A DNA stretch of 32,000 nt from Candidatus Saccharimonadota bacterium (GTDB taxonomy: Archaea; Micrarchaeota; Micrarchaeia; Micrarchaeales; Micrarchaeaceae): contig OY969114.1 in NCBI GenBank assembly GCA_963698035.1, forward strand, positions 600,001 through 632,000. Direction: 5' to 3'. Positions 7,706-13,728 of the stretch are shown here, in pieces (positions within the stretch are counted from its first letter, which is position 1; each line of letters opens with the position of its first letter). The notes beneath the pieces are model-generated. The model was not told the DNA's origin, did not search any database, and saw nothing but the letters and a program-made list of their open reading frames with translations. A program made the position numbers and the translations under genes.

Positions 7706-8950
7706 ATGAAATTGCTGATAGTAGATACCAGCCCTGGACTAAGAGGGGTCGGAGGTGCTTCCAGGGTTGCGAGTAGCCTCTTCTACGATCTTAGGAAGAA
7801 GGGGATATCGACATACTATCTGGGGCAGAAAAGCGATTACATAAGCAAGGGCAAAAATACATTCTTTTTGGGAGGCGGAGGCTGGACGCAGAGGCAAGCC
7901 AAGCAGTACATAAATAGCGGCCTGCGCTCCTTGGCAGAGAGCTGGCCTGCGAGGGCCGCCTACTATTCTGTCTATTCGATGACAAAGCACAGCAACGAGG
8001 AGATGGAGAGGTGGGTCTCAAGGGCAAAGCCCGACATAGTTATAGCGAGCTCGGTGCAGGACTACCTGCTCCTCAAGTCGCTCGCCAAGCAGCTCGGAAG
8101 CGCGAAACTGATATACATAGACCACGCAAACCTGTCTGGCAGCTACGGCAGCTCCCTCGAATACAACAAGCTAGGCTTCACCCTGGGCACCGGGCCGTAT
8201 GCGGGGCTCGAAGGCGCGAAGAAGCGCTTCTTCTCCCTTTTCGACGGCGTGGTCGCGCTAAACAAAGAGCAGTTCAGGGCGATAAAGAGGTTCAACAGGA
8301 ACGTGACGATAATACACAGCAGCATGCTAATCCGCAGCACAAAGGTGGGCACGCCGAAGATGCAGGCGCTGAGAAGGTCGCTGCGCATAAAAAAGGGCGA
8401 CAAGGTCGTACTCTACCTGGGCAGGCTATCCGAGCAGCAGAAAAATATAGGGACATTGATAAAGGCGTTCAGGTCGATAGAGAACCCCAAGATCAGGCTG
8501 CTAATAGTGGGGGATGGCAAATCGAAGGAGCTTTACGAGCGCATGTCGCAGGGAGACGGCAGAATCTCCGTGGTCGGAAGGGTTGACGACCGCATGCTTG
8601 CCTACTACTACTCGCTGGCAGGTCTCTATGTGCTACCGTCCATATGGGAGGCGTTCAATGCGACAATGATAGAGGCTGCGCACTTCGGCGCATCGCTGCT
8701 GCTATCTACATCAAGCATAAACGAGGACATAGCTGAGAGGTTCGGGGAGGAGCTCTACACCTTCGACCCATACAAGAGAGAGGAGCTTAGGTGGAAGATA
8801 GAGAAGTACTTCAACGACCCCGAGCTGCAAAAAAGGCTGCACACCCTATCGAAAGAGATAGACGCAGAGTACAGCAAGAAGAAGCAGATCGACAGCTATG
8901 CAGTCACGCTAAAGTATTTCTACAAGAAAGGGAAGTTTCCGGAGAGCTAG
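7706..8950 (+). CDS. Glycosyltransferase, GT4 (GT-B fold, Glycos_transf_1-type C-terminal domain)
   Basis: C-terminal domain pattern VLYLGRLSEQQKNIGTLIKAF...LLIVGDG...LYVLPSIWEAFNATMIEAAHFGASLL (the E-x7-E region). It starts 8 nt after the upstream gene. Confidence 0.85.
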   Translation: MKLLIVDTSPGLRGVGGASRVASSLFYDLRKKGISTYYLGQKSDYISKGKNTFFLGGGGWTQRQAKQYINSGLRSLAESWPARAAYYSVYSMTKHSNEEMERWVSRAKPDIVIASSVQDYLLLKSLAKQLGSAKLIYIDHANLSGSYGSSLEYNKLGFTLGTGPYAGLEGAKKRFFSLFDGVVALNKEQFRAIKRFNRNVTIIHSSMLIRSTKVGTPKMQALRRSLRIKKGDKVVLYLGRLSEQQKNIGTLIKAFRSIENPKIRLLIVGDGKSKELYERMSQGDGRISVVGRVDDRMLAYYYSLAGLYVLPSIWEAFNATMIEAAHFGASLLLSTSSINEDIAERFGEELYTFDPYKREELRWKIEKYFNDPELQKRLHTLSKEIDAEYSKKKQIDSYAVTLKYFYKKGKFPES

Positions 8951-10029
8951 CGCGTTATCTCATACTCTTTTACTGTCTCATAAAGCTCTCTAGCTTCCTT
9001 GTTCTTATCGAAGTATTCGCGCACAGGCTTTATCAGGGTCTCAAGTCTCTCAACCACGTAGCTCTTCAGGTCTGCAGGATGAAGCTTTCCATCTTTGTAT
9101 ATCTTCACGAGGTCGTCGTATCCCTGCGCCTCTATTGTGCCACCAAATTTCTGCGGCCTCTCTATGACTATCTGTTCATCCATCTTTTCAAGTATCGCAA
9201 GTTTGAGGAAATCAAACAGTGGATTTCCGTAGACTACCCTCTCGGGGCAATACGCGCTATTTATCTTTAACTTTATCTCAGCATACGAGTTGTGCATGTA
9301 TATCGCACTCTTAGGGTTCGATTTTGACATCTTGTATTCTATCAGCGCATCCGCGCTTTTCTTCTCTATGCCCCCCGGTATCCCTCCAAGGCCCATCATG
9401 AGTGGGTGGTGCACAGCAACCGGAACCTTCCACCCGTACTTCTGCGCAACCTCCCGTGCGAGCATGTTCGCCCTCCTTTGGTCCATTCCAAGCTGGCAGA
9501 TGTCTATGTCCATTTGGAAGATATCGGTAACCTGCATTGCGGGATAGAAGAGCTGTGCAGCGTGGAGTTTCTCGCTTTCCTTTCTACCCATTATTGTGAC
9601 CGCCCTCTTTATCCTCTCCAAGCTCGTTGCCTTCCCCACCCGCATGAACCTATCCCAGTAGTCTATCCCGTCCATTAGTTTGCTTGCCCAGACTATTTCA
9701 ACTTTTGATACGTCTATACCGCAGCCCTTCCACACCTCCACGAAGTACCTGCCCGCCATTTGTATCCTATCAAGATCACCATCAAGCTTGTTGTTTATCA
9801 GGCCGAAGTAGTCCGCAAGATAAAGCTTGAACTTTACCCCCGCAGCCAGCATGAGCTTAAGATTCTTGGCTCTCTGGAGCCCGAAGTGTATCGGCGCTAT
9901 CCCAGAAGGCTCAAACCCATCGTATGCTACGGGATGGTCGTTGGTCTCGAAGAGCTGCTTTAGCTCCGTCTCCGTCACTATCTCCTCCGCGAAGCCCTTT
10001 ACTAGCCCAAGCTTTGTCTCTACATCCAT
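8947..10029 (-). CDS. tyrS: Tyrosyl-tRNA synthetase (archaeal type)
   Basis: Class I synthetase with HIGH-equivalent PSGIAPIHFG and KMSKS (YKMSKSNP). It is collinear by eye with archaeal TyrRS (FEPSG..., YPAMQVTDI, GMDQRRANMLARE, KINSAYCP, ERPQKFGG). Confidence 0.93.
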   Translation of the reverse strand: MDVETKLGLVKGFAEEIVTETELKQLFETNDHPVAYDGFEPSGIAPIHFGLQRAKNLKLMLAAGVKFKLYLADYFGLINNKLDGDLDRIQMAGRYFVEVWKGCGIDVSKVEIVWASKLMDGIDYWDRFMRVGKATSLERIKRAVTIMGRKESEKLHAAQLFYPAMQVTDIFQMDIDICQLGMDQRRANMLAREVAQKYGWKVPVAVHHPLMMGLGGIPGGIEKKSADALIEYKMSKSNPKSAIYMHNSYAEIKLKINSAYCPERVVYGNPLFDFLKLAILEKMDEQIVIERPQKFGGTIEAQGYDDLVKIYKDGKLHPADLKSYVVERLETLIKPVREYFDKNKEARELYETVKEYEITR

Positions 10030-10179
10030 GATTACACGTAGACTATTGCAACAGAATGCTCTTTATTCCTTCTTTTCACAGCCCTATTAATCTCTCTCAC
10101 ACACTCCCCTTTTTAAATATTCGGTCTACAATCCCTGCTCACAGTACTTAAAACCCGAATTTTATAACCTTGAGTAAAG

Positions 10180-10251
10180 AGCCCAAAGAGGGAATTGAAC
10201 CCTCGACCTTCTGCTTACCATGCAGACGCTCTACCACTGAGCTACTTGGGC
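10180..10251 (-). tRNA. tRNA-Thr(GGU)
   Basis: Reverse complement GCCCAAGTAGCTCAGTGGTAGAGCGTCTGCATGGTAAGCAGAAGGTCGAGGGTTCAATTCCCTCTTTGGGCT. Acceptor GCCCAAG/TTTGGGC; anticodon stem TCTGC/GCAGA; loop ATGGTAA (anticodon GGT); T-arm GAGGG-TTCAATT-CCCTC. Length 72 nt with no intron and no encoded CCA. Confidence 0.92.
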
Positions 10252-10598
10252 GTAGTAAGCTTGTAAACCTCGCTTCCCCTGCTCACCGCCCGGTCCAACT
10301 TTATGCCTACAGAATCGCCCGACCCTGCCTCGGTAACGTCCCTCCTGTTTATCTGCATGCTAGTGACCTCCTGCGTGAGCATGAGTCCCATGCCGTCGTC
10401 TATCTCAATCATGTCGCCGACCCTCAGGTCGCCATTCAGGGTTATTGCAGCGACGCTTATCTTGTCAAAGAAGTGCTCAACCGTGCCTATGTGCAACCTG
10501 CCGCCTCCCTCTCCTTGCATTGCAGCCGCATCCCTCCGCTCCCTCTCCTCAGCGTCGCGCATCGCGTCTTCAAGATCACCAGAACCTCTCATGACCAA
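10242..10598 (-). CDS. Small beta-barrel protein resembling EF-Tu domain 2 / peptidase-U32 C-terminal domain (translation elongation factor-like protein)
   Basis: The pattern IGTVEHFFDKISVAAITLNGDLRVGDMIEI...QEVTSMQINRRDVTEAGSGDSVGIKLDRAVSRGSEVYK is typical of this small barrel family. The track start is TTG 10598; ATG 10592 is more likely. The last 10 nt, including the TAG stop, overlap the 5' end of tRNA-Thr. Confidence 0.6.
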   Translation of the reverse strand: MVMRGSGDLEDAMRDAEERERRDAAAMQGEGGGRLHIGTVEHFFDKISVAAITLNGDLRVGDMIEIDDGMGLMLTQEVTSMQINRRDVTEAGSGDSVGIKLDRAVSRGSEVYKLTTPK

Positions 10599-10609
10599 TG
10601 CCTCTCAAC

Positions 10610-10621
10610 AAAAATATATAG
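10610..10621 (-). promoter_or_regulatory. TATA-like box (minus-strand CTATATATTTTT)
   Basis: It is centred about 24 nt upstream of ATG 10592, consistent with a leaderless transcript of the small barrel gene plus tRNA-Thr. It sits in the 31-nt spacer after the pilin-like gene. Confidence 0.4.
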
Positions 10622-10629
10622 AGCTTTCA

Positions 10630-12117
10630 TTATGGGACCTGCATCGCGTTCCCCGGCGTCACGGCCGGGAGGACCCCACCCGGTGGATAACCCCTAACTC
10701 TTACGTAGTAAATCGGCCCGATGCTCAATCCGGAATTGAGCTCATCTATAAAGGCTATCGACTGTGGCAGTGTCGGCAGGTCGTTAACAATTCCGATTGT
10801 TATGGAGTTCCCATAGTTGGCTAATGCCGATACAGAGCTTGGCGAGGCACTCGGCAGCATGACCGAGTAGACAGTATTGGAGCCCAAGCTGAGCCCCGCC
10901 ACCCTTACGGTGTTTGACCGGTTATTCGAGGTCTGCAGGCCGTAGGAGCTGCCATATACGTAGACCATCGCCGTGCTGTAGTTGATGTTTTGGGAGTTCG
11001 CAAGCCCTATGCCTGCAAGGCAGTAAGTACCGCAGCCTGTGCTTGAGGGTACCACGCCGTAAAAGTCGACTACGCCGGCACCGAAAGAGCTTTCCGAGTT
11101 TAAGTTTGTAATGAAAGGGCCGCCCGCGGGCGGCGTGACCGTAACCCCGTTGCTTACTTTGCAGAATGATGACGAGCAGCTGCTCCAACTTGTCGAATTG
11201 AGGGTGCTGCCCGCGAAGTTGCTGTAGAAGTTGAATACGTTTTGGCCATTGTCATACTGCGCATACGTGTTGCTCTGCAGCGGCGACTCGCCGGCATAGA
11301 GGCTATCGTACCCTATGCTATTTGGCAGGAAGTACATCGACAGGCTTGCAGATCCGCTTGGGGCTATGCTGCGGTCCATCACCACCCAGAAGATTACATT
11401 GCTAGTGGAGCTTGATGCGCAGTTTGTTTCACACCAGCTGTATAGCTCCTTTGCGCTGTCATAGAAGCGTATATTGCCCAAGTTCGGACTTTCGTATGAG
11501 GAGAATGTGTTTGGCTTGAACGTGACCATTATCTGGAGACCACCTTGTGTAGCATTTGTGGTGTTAATGTTATTAACCGAGAATGGAACGTAATAGTAAG
11601 GTCCCCCGGACAGCTTCTGCACCTCCGCTTGAAGCTGCAGAGTTCCTGTATAGATGTAGTTGCCGTTTGCCGGGCAGCTGTAGCTGTATAGCGATAAGCT
11701 CGAACCTGCGCAGTAGTTTGCCGATATTGCGAAGGAGCCGGTATACGTATTGCCTATCCTTGGAGCGAAGTTGAGCTTCGCCGTGCAGTAGACGGTCTCA
11801 CCCTCAGAAACTATGTTAGGCGTGCAGATTCCGTTGATGCTCATAGTCGAGCTTATAATCACGTTAAAGCTGCTCACGTTAACCTCTCCGGGCTGCGTGA
11901 AGGTCGCTATCAGAAAGAGCTGCGAGCCTATCCCATTCCAGGTCGCGTATACCACGTCCGAGCAGGAGAAGCCTCCAAAGAAGCTGCACTCCTGAGGCAG
12001 TATCGATGTCGATGAGGATGAGAGTATAAGCACAAGTACGACTGCGATTGTCATGATTATTATGGCGAAAGAGTAGACCGAAAGGAATTCGACAGCACTC
12101 TGGCCCTTCTGCTCCAT
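10630..12117 (-). CDS. Type IV pilin-like protein (class III signal peptide) with large DUF2341-like / ConA-like lectin C-terminal region
   Basis: The N-terminus MEQKG|QSAVEFLSVYSFAIIIMTIAVVLVLIL has a short basic leader, Gly at -1, Gln at +1, Glu at +5 and a hydrophobic helix. This is the archaeal EppA-type/DUF361-like prepilin signature. The middle segment LQIMVTFKPNTFSSYESPNLGNIRFYDSAKELYSWCE...NVIFWVVMDRSIAPSGSASLSMYF resembles DUF2341. The remainder is Ser/Asn/Gly/Tyr-rich with many N-x-S/T sequons. Confidence 0.8.
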   Translation of the reverse strand: MEQKGQSAVEFLSVYSFAIIIMTIAVVLVLILSSSSTSILPQECSFFGGFSCSDVVYATWNGIGSQLFLIATFTQPGEVNVSSFNVIISSTMSINGICTPNIVSEGETVYCTAKLNFAPRIGNTYTGSFAISANYCAGSSLSLYSYSCPANGNYIYTGTLQLQAEVQKLSGGPYYYVPFSVNNINTTNATQGGLQIMVTFKPNTFSSYESPNLGNIRFYDSAKELYSWCETNCASSSTSNVIFWVVMDRSIAPSGSASLSMYFLPNSIGYDSLYAGESPLQSNTYAQYDNGQNVFNFYSNFAGSTLNSTSWSSCSSSFCKVSNGVTVTPPAGGPFITNLNSESSFGAGVVDFYGVVPSSTGCGTYCLAGIGLANSQNINYSTAMVYVYGSSYGLQTSNNRSNTVRVAGLSLGSNTVYSVMLPSASPSSVSALANYGNSITIGIVNDLPTLPQSIAFIDELNSGLSIGPIYYVRVRGYPPGGVLPAVTPGNAMQVP

Positions 12118-12138
12118 ACGCCGAACTTCTCAAAGCAG

Positions 12139-12146
12139 ATTTAAAT
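12139..12146. promoter_or_regulatory. Palindromic TATA-like box ATTTAAAT shared by divergent genes
   Basis: Its centre (12142.5) is 25.5 nt from the minus-strand ATG at 12117 and 27.5 nt from the plus-strand ATG at 12170. This geometry fits two divergent leaderless transcripts from a single TBP site. Confidence 0.5.
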
Positions 12147-12169
12147 ATTGTGCAGGAGCAGTCCTGCTT

Positions 12170-12964
12170 ATGGACGAGGATTACTACAGGGGCATAGCCA
12201 AGTCGATAAGGCTCCACAAGAGGCTTGGGCAGAACTTCCTGCTGAGCAGGCGCATTGCCGCAGCAGAGGCTGCGCACTGCGCTGGCAAGAACGTTCTGGA
12301 GCTGGGCCCCGGGCTTGGCATCCTTACCGAGGAGCTCTGCGCGGTGGCGAAGTCCGTCATATCGATAGAAATAGACCCTGACCTCTACGAATTCCTAGAA
12401 TCGACAGCCTCTCACAGTAACCTCAAGCTTATCAAGGCAGATTTCTTCTCAGTTGACCCGGCAAAGCTGAAAGGCATCGACATACTCGCTTCGAATGTGC
12501 CCTACCACCTCTCAAGCAGGCTGCTGCTCTGGCTTGTTGAAAGGAAGCTGCCTGCGGTACTCTGCCTCCAGAAGGAATTCGTGGACAGGATGCTTGCGAA
12601 GGCTGGCACCGAGGACTATTCGAGGCTGAGCGTCTTCTGCTCCCTGCGCTTCTCGGCTACGCGGCTGATGAAGGTGCCTTCCAGCTGCTTCTACCCCGTG
12701 CCGCGGGTGCAATCCTCGCTGGTCTACCTGAAGCCGAAGGCTGCCGGCATAACGAAGAAAGAGATGGAGATAATATCGCTGGTCATGGAGCACAAGAACA
12801 AGAAGATGAGGAATGCGGTCGAGGACTCGGCGGCCTCGTTGGGGCTCGACAAGCCTGCCGCAAGGAAGATTGCAGACTCGATGGAGTGCTCCGGCATGAG
12901 GGCTTCAAAGATGGAGCCGCTGCAGCTACTGGACGCCGCGAAGCGTCTTTCAAAAATGCTCTAG
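12170..12964 (+). CDS. rsmA: 16S/18S rRNA (adenine-N6,N6)-dimethyltransferase KsgA/RsmA/Dim1
   Basis: N-terminal KRLGQNFL, SAM-binding VLELGPGLGILTEEL, and catalytic-region ASNVPYHLSS. Confidence 0.9.
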   Translation: MDEDYYRGIAKSIRLHKRLGQNFLLSRRIAAAEAAHCAGKNVLELGPGLGILTEELCAVAKSVISIEIDPDLYEFLESTASHSNLKLIKADFFSVDPAKLKGIDILASNVPYHLSSRLLLWLVERKLPAVLCLQKEFVDRMLAKAGTEDYSRLSVFCSLRFSATRLMKVPSSCFYPVPRVQSSLVYLKPKAAGITKKEMEIISLVMEHKNKKMRNAVEDSAASLGLDKPAARKIADSMECSGMRASKMEPLQLLDAAKRLSKML

Positions 12965-13677
12965 AACGAGTATGCAGCTGGCTGCACCTCGTCCATTATG
13001 AGTGCGCTTCCCACGCCCGATTTAAACCTCTTCTCCGCTTTTGTAGAATCCTCTTTTCCTAACAGCATCTTGTAGTGTATCGGTATAGAGTATTCCGCCT
13101 TTATAGCATTCGCCGCCCCTATCGCCTCTTCAACGTCCATCACGAAGGTGCCTCCCATCGGGAGCAGCGATGCGCCTATTCCTTTCAATCCATTCATTTC
13201 CTCTATGTGGTCCGTATCGCCCGCATGGTATATCTTGAAGCCGACCATGTCTATTATGTAACCCACCCATCTATTCTCCTTCGGATGAAACGACAGCCTC
13301 TCCTTCTTAATGTTGTACGCGGGTATCGCCTCCACGCCTGTGCTGCGAAGCTTGGTGGTAAATCCCGGCTTTGACAGCGTGAAATTCTTAAAAGTCCCTT
13401 TCTCAAAGCATCCTTGCGGGCAGATTACTTCACCATCCGGTTTCAGCACCCTAAGTATGTCATCCTTGCTGCAATGATCCATGTGGGCATGCGTTATCAG
13501 GACGAAATCGGCCTTCTCCTTTATTGAAGAGCTGATTCTAAATGGATCCACGAATATGTTAAAGCCGTCTCCCTTTATGTAGAAGCTTGCGTGCCCGATC
13601 CAGAATAATGTCTTGTTTATTTCCATCCAATCACAGCATCTTTTCACAGCGAAATAATTTAACACTTTCAGGTACAA
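12961..13677 (-). CDS. MBL-fold metallo-hydrolase (UPF0173-like)
   Basis: Metal-binding HxHxDH motif ITHAHMDHC, a later YHAGDT, and the family-typical N-terminus LFWIGHASFYIKG. The internal ATG at 13626 (MEINKTLFWIGH...) may be the true start. Confidence 0.85.
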   Translation of the reverse strand: MYLKVLNYFAVKRCCDWMEINKTLFWIGHASFYIKGDGFNIFVDPFRISSSIKEKADFVLITHAHMDHCSKDDILRVLKPDGEVICPQGCFEKGTFKNFTLSKPGFTTKLRSTGVEAIPAYNIKKERLSFHPKENRWVGYIIDMVGFKIYHAGDTDHIEEMNGLKGIGASLLPMGGTFVMDVEEAIGAANAIKAEYSIPIHYKMLLGKEDSTKAEKRFKSGVGSALIMDEVQPAAYSF

Positions 13678-13697
13678 AACGATTAGTCAGACACAAA

Positions 13698-13709
13698 GAT
13701 ATAAATTTT
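13698..13709. promoter_or_regulatory. TATA-like box (GATATAAATTTT) between divergent MBL and giant-protein genes
   Basis: The core ATATAAAT is centred at 13702.5, which is 25.5 nt from 13677 (minus-strand start) and 26.5 nt from ATG 13729 (plus). A second TTATAAAA at 13722-13729 would instead serve ATG 13750. Confidence 0.45.
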
Positions 13710-13728
13710 GGGGTAGTTATCTTATAAA

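Noticed and set aside
8011-8586. 191-aa plus-strand alternative-frame ORF inside the GT4 gene
   Set aside because: It has an Arg/Gln/Lys/Ala low-complexity translation, and the GT4 frame carries the family motifs across the same bases.
10030-10179. 150-nt region upstream of tyrS considered as a structured regulatory leader (T-box-like)
   Set aside because: T-box leaders are bacterial. I see several AT-rich boxes but no specifier or antiterminator-like helices, so the region is most simply promoter plus tRNA-Thr trailer.
10170-10824. Plus-strand ORFs (175 aa and 173 aa) across the tRNA-Thr / small barrel gene / pilin 3' end
   Set aside because: They are antisense to a clear tRNA and to two better-supported minus-strand genes. 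They have Pro/Ser/Arg-rich low-quality composition and no motifs.
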